From: an uncultured Candidatus Saccharibacteria bacterium
Lineage (GTDB): Bacteria; Patescibacteriota; Minisyncoccia; Minisyncoccales; GWA2-38-27
Length of the DNA stretch: 46,043 bases
Assembly (NCBI GenBank): GCA_964468405.1
Contig: CAYXTC010000001.1
Span: forward strand, 1 to 46,043
Direction: 5' to 3'
Made by a program: the position numbers and the translations under genes. This document shows, piece by piece, positions 1 through 7,150 of this stretch. Within the stretch, counting starts at the first letter, position 1; every line of letters starts with the position of its first letter. The notes under the pieces were generated by a model that worked only from the letters and a program-made list of their open reading frames with translations, was not told where the DNA came from and did no database searches.

Positions 1-55
1 AACTCCCGACCTCGTGTATGCCATACACGCGCTCTGCCAGCTGAGCTATGGGCCC
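1..55 (-). tRNA. tRNA-Ala (anticodon GGC), 3' part cut off by window edge
   Basis: The reverse complement reads GGGCCCA-TA-GCTC-AGCTGGCA-GAGC-G-CGTGT-ATGGCAT-ACACG-AGGTC-GGGAG-TT. This gives an acceptor strand, a D arm, an anticodon stem with loop AU-GGC-AU, and the start of the T arm. The remainder lies left of position 1. Confidence 0.8.
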
Positions 56-80
56 AAAAAGAGGAAGGATACATTTTACC

Positions 81-788
81 TTATCCTTCCTGATCTGCTG
101 TTTTAAGGAGAAGATCCGTTAGTTTATCAGTCAGAACCTTTTCGTTCTCTGAAGTGTCCAGCCGGACAACCTCGCCGATCTTTACTTCTATCCGCTCTCT
201 GAAGTTAGGCCAGCTGAACAGCCTTTCCCGGGTTCCTGGCATAAACCTGTCTGTCCCTTCCACCCAAATAGGAAGAACATCAGGATTATACTTTTTCAAA
301 AGCCAGATGGCCCCTCTCCGCAGAGTTCTTATTCTCTTGCCTGTCTTGCTGTAAGTAAAATCACTGCCCTTAAAGGTTCTTCCGCCCTCTGGATAATAGA
401 TTATTATCCTGTGAGAGTTAAATACCCCCTTTATCTTGTTCGAAGAACTAACAGAAAGTCCTGTTTCCCTATCAACTGAAATGAGAACAGGCCTCATCCA
501 GAAAAAGTACCAAGGCTCATAAAAATTCCTCTTATCGGGCACGCTAAAAGGTGCACACCTAAAAGGATGAAAAAGATAGTACTTAAAGAAGAGAATAGGA
601 ATTAAAAAAGTCTCAAAGATAGCCGGATGATTAGAGATCACCAGTAAACCGTTATCGGGCCTGGGAATTCTTTCTTCGCCCCGCACCTTTATAATCCCGA
701 GGGCGCGGGCAACCAGAAGCAGAATTCCCATAAAAACTCCTGCAGGATAAGTAAACAAAACAAACACAATCTTCTCTTTTCTCGTCAT
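81..788 (-). CDS. 1-acyl-sn-glycerol-3-phosphate (lysophospholipid) acyltransferase family protein
   Basis: 235 aa ORF with an N-terminal TM segment. It has an NHPAIFE motif (an H-x4-D/E acyltransferase box) and a YPEGGRT box typical of the PlsC family. AAGGAG sits 7 nt upstream of the ATG. Confidence 0.7.
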   Translation of the reverse strand: MTRKEKIVFVLFTYPAGVFMGILLLVARALGIIKVRGEERIPRPDNGLLVISNHPAIFETFLIPILFFKYYLFHPFRCAPFSVPDKRNFYEPWYFFWMRPVLISVDRETGLSVSSSNKIKGVFNSHRIIIYYPEGGRTFKGSDFTYSKTGKRIRTLRRGAIWLLKKYNPDVLPIWVEGTDRFMPGTRERLFSWPNFRERIEVKIGEVVRLDTSENEKVLTDKLTDLLLKTADQEG

Positions 789-846
789 GTCTTTCTCCTT
801 TTAAAAGAACTTTTCTTAAATATACTTCATTTTTCGGATAATTTCA

Positions 847-878
847 AGAAAAAAGGCTAGATATTCATTATCTAGCCT
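847..878 (-). terminator. Rho-independent terminator after the B116-like gene
   Basis: Stem GGCTAGATA (855-863) pairs with TATCTAGCC (869-877). A run of T follows on the minus strand. Confidence 0.7.
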
Positions 879-893
879 TAGTCTTTGTTAGTA

Positions 894-1253
894 TTAGACT
901 TGCTCCACATTAACGAGCATCAGGATCGTAAACCTGAAGTTAGCCTCCAGGGCCTGCTCTCTTGTGTATTCTGTCCCGCTTGCCAGGGGTGGCAGGTTTC
1001 CGACCTGGAAGACAACAAGAGAATCTCCCTTTTCAAGCGCAAATTTGGGAGGGTTTTCCTGGGTTCGGATCTCAATCTCAAACAGCGTCTTTATGACATC
1101 CAAGACAGCCTCGTAGTGTCGTCCAAAAGAAAAAGTGACTCCGTTCCCTTTAGTAAATTCTCGTGCTTCCACAGGAGTTAAGTCTTTTTTTCTCAGAGTT
1201 AACTCTCCGGCTGGAAGCATACTGCTCGCTAGCTTGGGGGCAAAATATTTCAT
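894..1253 (-). CDS. Small protein resembling the DUF1874 / STIV B116 DNA-binding family
   Basis: The ORF track extends to 1325 through a TTG codon. The ATG at 1253 (MKYFAPK...) is preceded by GGGAGAAGGA and gives about 119 aa, the usual size of this family. The pattern L-SSML...EA....GH/RH...GD-LVVFQ matches my memory of the family consensus, not a search. Confidence 0.45.
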   Translation of the reverse strand: MKYFAPKLASSMLPAGELTLRKKDLTPVEAREFTKGNGVTFSFGRHYEAVLDVIKTLFEIEIRTQENPPKFALEKGDSLVVFQVGNLPPLASGTEYTREQALEANFRFTILMLVNVEQV

Positions 1254-1355
1254 TCCTTCTCCCTTCTGTTTGGTTTTGAAGGTTCTCGGTTCTATTATTA
1301 TATCTTCCTTTTTTGAGTTTGTCAACAGAATTCCTTTATCTTTGATAAGACTTTA

Positions 1356-2207
1356 TCATTTTTTTAGAATTTCTTTTTTTTCAATCCTCCTCTCCCAAAA
1401 ACTATTTTTACGATAAGGATTGATATAGACACCTTTAGAGAAATTAATTTCTTTTTGAAATTTTAAAAGGTTAAGTTTTTTAGAAATAACAACTTCTCCG
1501 CACTTATTGTTAATATAACTATTTATTCCGAAATCTTTTAACAATCTTTGCATTAGTCGCAGAATTGTTAAATCGCGTTGGTAGCCCCTTACTCTTCGAA
1601 TATTTTTATAAAGCCCCGCACTGCCTTCGTCATCAAAAAAAGCTCGAAGAAATATTTTCTTATGGTTAAAAGGAGCGTTCTTAATGTAGCTTCTAAGTTC
1701 TTTCCCCTTTCTTTTAATATAAAAAGCGAGGGTCGTGTTATGGTATCTTATTGCCTTGACACCAAAACCTCGTAAAGAGACTTTTGTAGTTAGGCTGAGG
1801 GTCTCTTCCATCCTCTTCCTTACTTCCTCAATCAAAATATCGTTCCTATTATAATATTCACAACTACCATACCCCACCCTTCCGTCAAAAATGAAGTGCG
1901 CAGTAAGAAAAACTAATTTCTGGGACCAGTTTCCTTTCCTAAATAAACTTCTATGTTTAAAAGACTCGATGCGCTCCTCTCGCCTTTTTCGGTTAAATCT
2001 ATTGATTCGTCTAGTGTTCCGACGACTAGCTTGTTCCCGCATTCTTATCAATCTGTTCTGGGCGCCGGGAGAAAGAGTAAAATTTTTAATATAGCTCCAA
2101 ACAGTAGTTTTTGGCATGCCCGTGGCTTTCATTATCTCTCCAAGAGTAAGTCCTTTTTTCCTTAACAGCCTGCATTTTCCTACCAGATTAGGATCTACTT
2201 TATTCAT
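1356..2207 (-). CDS. Free-standing HTH + double-motif LAGLIDADG homing-endonuclease-like protein
   Basis: 283 aa. The N-terminus has a resolvase-like HTH (LRKKGLTLGEIMKATGMPKTTVWSYIK). Two LAGLIDADG-type motifs are present: LVFLTAHFIFDGRV and IFLRAFFDDEGS. The ATG shares its A with the CCA end of tRNA-Lys. Confidence 0.7.
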   Translation of the reverse strand: MNKVDPNLVGKCRLLRKKGLTLGEIMKATGMPKTTVWSYIKNFTLSPGAQNRLIRMREQASRRNTRRINRFNRKRREERIESFKHRSLFRKGNWSQKLVFLTAHFIFDGRVGYGSCEYYNRNDILIEEVRKRMEETLSLTTKVSLRGFGVKAIRYHNTTLAFYIKRKGKELRSYIKNAPFNHKKIFLRAFFDDEGSAGLYKNIRRVRGYQRDLTILRLMQRLLKDFGINSYINNKCGEVVISKKLNLLKFQKEINFSKGVYINPYRKNSFWERRIEKKEILKK

Positions 2208-2281
2208 GGTGCCCCCACTAGGACTCGAACCTAGACTAATAGCTTAAAAGGCTACTACTCTGCCAATTGAGTTATGGGGGC
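2207..2281 (-). tRNA. tRNA-Lys (anticodon UUU), CCA encoded
   Basis: The reverse complement is GCCCCCA-TA-ACTC-AATTGGCA-GAGT-A-GTAGC-CTTTTAA-GCTAT-TAGT-CTAGG-TTCGAGT-CCTAG-TGGGGGC-A-CCA. This folds as a full 75-nt cloverleaf. Confidence 0.9.
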
Positions 2282-2297
2282 CTTCTCTATTTCTCAA

Positions 2298-2306
2298 ATT
2301 GTAGCA
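2298..2306 (-). promoter_or_regulatory. Extended -10 promoter (TGcTACAAT) for tRNA-Lys and downstream genes
   Basis: The minus strand reads TGCTACAAT, 16 nt upstream of the tRNA 5' end and directly after the dnaJ terminator. Confidence 0.5.
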
Positions 2307-2310
2307 CAAA

Positions 2311-2342
2311 CTATAAAGAAATCAACTGCAGAAACAGTTGAT
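2311..2342 (-). terminator. Terminator of the dnaK-dnaJ operon
   Basis: An 8-bp stem, ATCAACTG (2321-2328) with CAGTTGAT (2335-2342), is followed on the minus strand by a T-rich tail, TTCTTTATAG. Confidence 0.6.
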
Positions 2343-2365
2343 CCACCTCCAAATTTAAGCAAAAA

Positions 2366-3460
2366 TTACAAGCCCTGCTCTTTAAGTTCTTCTAATAACT
2401 CTTTCTGCTTTTTATTAACTTTTTCAGGTGTTGCTACTTTCAGCTTGATGTAGAGGCTTCCTCTTCCGTATCCTGAAAAGTGAGGAATCCCCTTCCCTGA
2501 TATTCTAAACACTCTTCCCGAAGGAGTCCCTTTGGGAACCCTTAGTTCAATCTTTTTATCATCCAAACTGGTAATCTCTGTTTTGCCTCCCAAACAGGCC
2601 TTAGAGTAAGGAATTTCAGAAACAGTATAAAGATCATCTCCTTTTCTTTGGAAGCCAGGATGACTTTTCACCAAAACCCTAATATAAAGATCTCCGCGTC
2701 CTCCTCCTCTTTTGCCGGCCTCTCCTTTCTCCGGTATCTTGATTAACTGATTATTGTCCACTCCTGCCGGGATAAAGAAACTTATCTTCTCTTTTTCTTT
2801 TACTCTGCCTTCTCCTTTACAGACATTACAGGGATTTTCGGGAACCCTACCCTCTCCTTTGCACTCGGGGCATACAGACCACTGGGTGAAAGAACCCAAG
2901 AAACTTTTTTTAATTCTTTGGACCCTTCCTGTCCCCCTACAGGCATAACATTCTTTAACTTTGCTGCCCGGCTCCGCTCCTGAGCCCTGACATCTCTTAC
3001 ACTCGGTAAGTTTATTCAAAGTAATCTCTTTGTTAGCGCCTGTCAGCACTTCTTTTAGGGAAACCCAAATATCAACCCTGATATCTTTTCCTTTATTCAA
3101 ATCCTGAGATTTCCCTTTTCCAAACCCGAATATTTCGCTGAAAATATCTCCCAGTCCTTCATCTCCAAAGTCAAAATTAATACCAGGCCCCTCTCCCTGG
3201 TTAAAATTAGACCAAAACCAGTTGGCGTCTCCCTGGCCGGGGGCGCCTCCTTGGTCAAAGGTCTGGCCAAAGCGGTCATACTGGGCTCTTTTTTGATCGT
3301 CAGAAAGCACCCGGTAGGCCTCATTTATCTCCTTAAAGGTTTTGGCATCTCCCCCTTTGTGCGGATGATGCTTGTGGGCCAACCGGTGAAATGCTTTCTT
3401 GATCTCTTCCTTGGAGGCGCTTTTAGAAACGCCTAAGATTTGGTAATAGTCTTTTGCCAT
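2366..3460 (-). CDS. dnaJ: Molecular chaperone DnaJ (type I, with zinc-finger domain)
   Basis: 364 aa with a J domain, a G/F-rich linker, four CxxCxGxG repeats and a C-terminal substrate-binding domain. The J-domain tripeptide reads HPH rather than HPD. Confidence 0.92.
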   Translation of the reverse strand: MAKDYYQILGVSKSASKEEIKKAFHRLAHKHHPHKGGDAKTFKEINEAYRVLSDDQKRAQYDRFGQTFDQGGAPGQGDANWFWSNFNQGEGPGINFDFGDEGLGDIFSEIFGFGKGKSQDLNKGKDIRVDIWVSLKEVLTGANKEITLNKLTECKRCQGSGAEPGSKVKECYACRGTGRVQRIKKSFLGSFTQWSVCPECKGEGRVPENPCNVCKGEGRVKEKEKISFFIPAGVDNNQLIKIPEKGEAGKRGGGRGDLYIRVLVKSHPGFQRKGDDLYTVSEIPYSKACLGGKTEITSLDDKKIELRVPKGTPSGRVFRISGKGIPHFSGYGRGSLYIKLKVATPEKVNKKQKELLEELKEQGL

Positions 3461-3466
3461 AAGGAT

Positions 3467-5353
3467 TTACTTCTCCTGGTAGTCCCCTTCTTCCGGCTTG
3501 TCGTCGTCTTTCTTGTCTTCTTTCTTCTCCTGAGACTCCTGGCTTGCCTTGTAAAGATCGGCTCCTGCCTTCTGAATTGCTTCGGAGAGCTCGGAGGTTT
3601 TATTCTTAATCTCCTCTATATTATCACCATCTTTTACTTTTTTCAATTCTTCTACTTTTCCTTCTATCTCTTTCTTTTTGTTTTCGTCTATTTTGTTTCC
3701 TACATCTCTAAGGGTCTTTTCTGTGGTATAAATCATAGTCTCTGCGGCATTGCGGGCTTCGATGGCTTGTTTTTTCTTTTTATCCTCTTCCGCGTGGGCT
3801 TCTGCTTCTTTCTTGACTTTTTCTATTTCTTCTTCTGACATCCCGATAGATCCTTCTATCTTAATTGACTGGCTTTTGCCCGAAGCCTTATCTTTGGCAG
3901 ATACGTTTAAAATTCCGTTTTCGTCAATGTCAAAGGTTACTTCAACCTGAGGAGTTCCTCTGGGGGCTGGGGGAATGCCGTCCAGGATAAACTTGCCTAA
4001 ACTCTTGTTGTCTTTAGCCATAGGCCTTTCTCCCTGCAAAACATGAACTTCCACTGAGGTCTGGCTGTCTGCTGCTGTAGAAAAGATTTGCTTTTTCTCT
4101 GTAGGATAGGTTGTATTCTTGGGGATAAGAACGGTGTTCACTCCTCCAAGTGTCTCTATGCCCAAAGAAAGAGGCGTTGCATCCAGCAAGAGCACTTCTT
4201 TGGCGTCTCCCTTGAGGATCGCTCCCTGGATGGCAGCCCCCACGGCTACTACCTCATCCGGGTTGATAGAGGTGTTCGGCTGTTTACCCTCGAATACCTT
4301 CTTTACAGACTCCTGGATAGCAGGCATTCTTGTCTGGCCTCCCACGAGAACGATTTCTTCGATATCTTTCGGTTCAAGATTGGCTTCTTTCAAGGTCTTT
4401 TTAACCAGGTCTGTAGCCTTGTCTATATATTCTGACACCTGATTTTCAAACTCAGATCTAGTTAGTTTATACTCCAAATGCTTAGGACCTGCAGAATCTG
4501 AGGTTATAAAGGGTAAGTTTATAGTTGTTTCTTGGGCAGTAGAAAGTTCAATTTTAGCTTTTTCTGCTGCTTCTTTGATTCTCTGAAGAGCTAACTGGTC
4601 CTGAGACAGATCAATGCCCTGATCTTTTTTGAACTTATCTACTAACCAGTCCATTATCTTTCTGTCGAAATCTTCACCCCCAAGATGGCTGTCACCCCCC
4701 ACTCCGATTACTTGGACAGTGTCTGGATCTTTCTGCACATCAAGAATAGAAATGTCAAAAGTACCTCCTCCAAAGTCATAAACCAAAATCTGTTGGTTGT
4801 CTTTCTTGGTTAATCCATAAGCCAAAGCGGCAGCAGTAGGTTCGTTAAGAACCATTTTTACATCAAGTCCTGCTATTTCTCCTGCTACCCTTGTGGCTTT
4901 TCTCTGGGAGTCGTCAAAGTAGGCAGGGCAGGTAATAATTACTCCTTCGATTTTGTCGCTAAGGCGCTTTTCTGCGTCTCCTTTCATCTTCTGCAGTATC
5001 ATGGCTGAGATCTCAGGAGGCTTATACCACTTATCCCCCATCTTTACTTCAATACCACCATCTTTTGCTTCTCTCATCTCGTAAGGAAGCACCTTTTTAT
5101 CTTCTTTTACCTGAGAATCGGAGAATCTCCTTCCTATAAGACGCTTTATAGCAAAGATAGTGTTTTGGGGGTTGGTGATCTGCTGCCTTCTCGCCAGAAC
5201 TCCCACCAGTCTTTCTCCGTTTTTGTTTACTGCTGTGACAGAAGGGGTTGTTCTGTTCCCCTCTTCGTTCTCAATGATTTTAGGTTCACCACTTTCCATT
5301 ACAGCCATTGCTGAAAAGGTGGTACCTAAATCGATACCTAATATTTTTCCCAT
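3467..5353 (-). CDS. dnaK: Molecular chaperone DnaK (Hsp70)
   Basis: Classic Hsp70 sequence: [24 protein letters not shown] place the start at [12 protein letters not shown] (ATG at 5353). The 14 codons upstream in the track ORF cross an intergenic hairpin. Confidence 0.95.
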   Translation of the reverse strand: MGKILGIDLGTTFSAMAVMESGEPKIIENEEGNRTTPSVTAVNKNGERLVGVLARRQQITNPQNTIFAIKRLIGRRFSDSQVKEDKKVLPYEMREAKDGGIEVKMGDKWYKPPEISAMILQKMKGDAEKRLSDKIEGVIITCPAYFDDSQRKATRVAGEIAGLDVKMVLNEPTAAALAYGLTKKDNQQILVYDFGGGTFDISILDVQKDPDTVQVIGVGGDSHLGGEDFDRKIMDWLVDKFKKDQGIDLSQDQLALQRIKEAAEKAKIELSTAQETTINLPFITSDSAGPKHLEYKLTRSEFENQVSEYIDKATDLVKKTLKEANLEPKDIEEIVLVGGQTRMPAIQESVKKVFEGKQPNTSINPDEVVAVGAAIQGAILKGDAKEVLLLDATPLSLGIETLGGVNTVLIPKNTTYPTEKKQIFSTAADSQTSVEVHVLQGERPMAKDNKSLGKFILDGIPPAPRGTPQVEVTFDIDENGILNVSAKDKASGKSQSIKIEGSIGMSEEEIEKVKKEAEAHAEEDKKKKQAIEARNAAETMIYTTEKTLRDVGNKIDENKKKEIEGKVEELKKVKDGDNIEEIKNKTSELSEAIQKAGADLYKASQESQEKKEDKKDDDKPEEGDYQEK

Positions 5354-5365
5354 TTTTGATTGAAT

Positions 5366-5406
5366 AGCCCGCAGATTTAATGCCAAAGAGGGCACTATCT
5401 GCGGCT
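5366..5406 (-). other. Intercistronic stem-loop between hsp20 and dnaK
   Basis: AGCCCGCAGAT (5366-5376) pairs with ATCTGCGGCT (5397-5406), with an inner stem TGCC/GGCA. No U-run follows on the minus strand. Confidence 0.5.
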
Positions 5407-5412
5407 TAAAAA

Positions 5413-5832
5413 TTACTTCTTATTTTTTACTTTAATTTTTCTTCCTTTTTTCTCTTTTTCAACAGGCTTGGCCTTAGGCATTTTTACAGTAAGGACGCCG
5501 TTTTTGTAATCGGCCTCAGCCTTATCGTCTTTCACTTCTACGGGTAAAGGAGTTACTCTCCTGTAATATCCCTTGCTAAACTCTCTTTTGTAGTATCCTT
5601 TTTCTTCTGTCTTCTCTTCTTTCTCTGTCTTTGCTTCAATTTTTAAGACGTTGTCTTTAATTTCTATATCAACGTCTTCTGGTTTTATGCCGGGCAACTC
5701 TGCTTCTGCTATAACTTCGTTCTTGGTCTCGTAAACATTTATTTTAGGAGAGACTACTCCTGCTTCCGCAGGCTCTAGGGCCTCAAAGAAATTCTCAAGA
5801 TCCCTAAATGGTCTCCATGGTACAAGAGGCAT
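5413..5832 (-). CDS. Hsp20 / alpha-crystallin family small heat-shock protein
   Basis: The alpha-crystallin domain pattern is present (VYETKNEVIAEAELPGIKPEDVDIEI...ADYKNGVLTVKMPK). The track start at 5853 is a TTG; the first ATG is at 5832. Confidence 0.85.
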   Translation of the reverse strand: MPLVPWRPFRDLENFFEALEPAEAGVVSPKINVYETKNEVIAEAELPGIKPEDVDIEIKDNVLKIEAKTEKEEKTEEKGYYKREFSKGYYRRVTPLPVEVKDDKAEADYKNGVLTVKMPKAKPVEKEKKGRKIKVKNKK

Positions 5833-5889
5833 GTTAATTTGTTTAGCAATCAAGGCGACTGCTAAAGATTAATTAACTTCTATTGACCT

Positions 5890-6348
5890 TTATTTTGTAA
5901 CTTTTACTTTAGCGGGTCTTATTACCTTATCCCTTATTCTATACCCTTTTTGCACTTCCCCCACCACAACTCCTGTTCCTTTGTCTTTGTCCTCTGTCAT
6001 CTCTACTGCTTCATGAAGGGCAGGGTCAAACTCTTCCCCTAGCGAATCTATCTTTTCAACACCCATTTTTTCAAAAAAGCCTTCGATCTGTTTTTTAACT
6101 CCCAAAATCCCCTTTATCCAGGTGTTTTCTCTGTCTTTATTCGGAATTTCTTTCTCTGCTAAATATATGTCGTCTAAAACGCCCATCAACTCTTTTATTA
6201 TCTTCTCTCTTTCGTACTCTGCAATCTTTTCCATTCTTTGATCTTCCTCTTTTTTATAATTAAGAAAATCGGCTCTGGCTCTCTTCCATCCTTTTAAATA
6301 CTCGTCTCTTTCTTTTTTATATTTTTCAATATTTTCTTTTTTCTTCAT
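5890..6348 (-). CDS. grpE: Nucleotide exchange factor GrpE
   Basis: 152 aa with the GrpE signature region (RARADFLNYKKE ... FDPALHEAV ... GYRIRDKVIRPAKVKV). Its ATG overlaps the hrcA stop codon (TAATG). Confidence 0.9.
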   Translation of the reverse strand: MKKKENIEKYKKERDEYLKGWKRARADFLNYKKEEDQRMEKIAEYEREKIIKELMGVLDDIYLAEKEIPNKDRENTWIKGILGVKKQIEGFFEKMGVEKIDSLGEEFDPALHEAVEMTEDKDKGTGVVVGEVQKGYRIRDKVIRPAKVKVTK

Positions 6349-7055
6349 TAAAAGTCTTCAAATAGGGTTATTAAAGAATTCATTGTGCTGATATTCCTGT
6401 CATAGGGCATTCTATTGGGTCCTAAAACAGCAATCATGCCTTCTTCCTGATCCGGGAATCTGCCCTTGGTTATTATTAAACTAACGTCCTTGGAATTAAG
6501 CATTGATTCTTCTCTGCCGATATAAACGCTTACCTCGTTGGGTAGATCGGAAAGTTCTTCAAATTTCTTCTCAAGCGATTTCACCTCTTTTACAAAACTA
6601 TCTCTGAAAGATTTCTCTTCAAATTCTGGAATCTGGAATATTTCTTCCCAGCCGTCCTCCCAAACAAGCCCCTTTTTCAAAAGGCAGGACATTACTAAAT
6701 TGCACGAATTGTCGGCTAAGGTTTTCGTAATTAACTCTGCAAATCTAAAGATATCTTTTTCTGCCTCTCTCAATTCCTTTAAAGAAGGACAAGAGTTTCC
6801 GCGGGAGTCTTCCTCTAAAAAACTATCCACGAAGAAGCGATAGCCCTTGTTAGTTGGAACTCTCCCTGAAGAGGTATGGGGCTGCGTTAAATAACCTTCT
6901 TTTGTCAGTTTCTGCATCTCTCCCCTTACGGTGGCAGAGCATACATCAAGGTCGTATCTCTTCTGGAGATGCTTTGAACTGATGGGCTTGGCGGTGTTAA
7001 TATAGTCTTTAATCAGCGTATTTAATAATTTTTCCTGCCTTTCGGTTAGATTCAT
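6348..7055 (-). CDS. hrcA: Heat-inducible transcription repressor HrcA (short form)
   Basis: The N-terminal winged-HTH region is typical of HrcA (LTERQEKLL..IKDYI..AKPISSKHL...SATVRGEMQKLTKEGYLTQPHTSSGRVPT). It is the first gene of the operon and lies behind a CIRCE element. Confidence 0.85.
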   Translation of the reverse strand: MNLTERQEKLLNTLIKDYINTAKPISSKHLQKRYDLDVCSATVRGEMQKLTKEGYLTQPHTSSGRVPTNKGYRFFVDSFLEEDSRGNSCPSLKELREAEKDIFRFAELITKTLADNSCNLVMSCLLKKGLVWEDGWEEIFQIPEFEEKSFRDSFVKEVKSLEKKFEELSDLPNEVSVYIGREESMLNSKDVSLIITKGRFPDQEEGMIAVLGPNRMPYDRNISTMNSLITLFEDF

Positions 7056-7061
7056 ATGGGT

Positions 7062-7090
7062 ATTTTAGAAAATTAGCACTCTGGTGTCAA
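7062..7090 (-). promoter_or_regulatory. Sigma70-like promoter of hrcA: TTGACA-17-TAAAAT
   Basis: On the minus strand, TTGACA (7090..7085) is followed by a 17-nt spacer and TAAAAT (7067..7062). Only 6 nt separate the -10 box from the ATG at 7055, and there is no SD. Confidence 0.6.
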
Positions 7091-7099
7091 GAGTGATAA
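7073..7099 (-). promoter_or_regulatory. CIRCE operator (HrcA binding site)
   Basis: TTAGCACTC-N9-GAGTGATAA, one mismatch from the canonical TTAGCACTC-N9-GAGTGCTAA. It lies 18 nt upstream of the hrcA start. Confidence 0.9.
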
Positions 7100-7135
7100 C
7101 TCCCCAAGAATAGGTTTTTTAATTTTTCTATTATT

Positions 7136-7144
7136 TGGTAGAAT
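7136..7144 (+). promoter_or_regulatory. Extended -10 promoter (TGgTAGAAT) of the first GT39 gene
   Basis: TGGTAGAAT ends 6 nt before the ATG at 7151. There is no SD. Confidence 0.5.
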
Positions 7145-7150
7145 ATATTA

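Noticed and set aside
789-2290. Integrated element with att duplication at tRNA-Lys, and likewise at tRNA-Gln (43003-43145)
   Set aside because: I looked for a direct repeat of the tRNA 3' halves in the flanking spacers (789-893 and 43003-43074) and found none. No integrase or transposase is present, so an integration event cannot be claimed.
3440-3838. 132-aa plus-strand ORF antisense to the dnaK 3' end, with other antisense ORFs inside dnaK and dnaJ
   Set aside because: The translation is low-complexity and rich in Phe and Leu. It mirrors the Lys/Glu-rich DnaK C-terminus. There are no start signals, and DnaK is unambiguous on the other strand.
5354-5395. 14-codon N-terminal extension of dnaK
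   Set aside because: The extension crosses the intercistronic hairpin. Hsp70 proteins start just before the GIDLGTT motif, as at the ATG at 5353.
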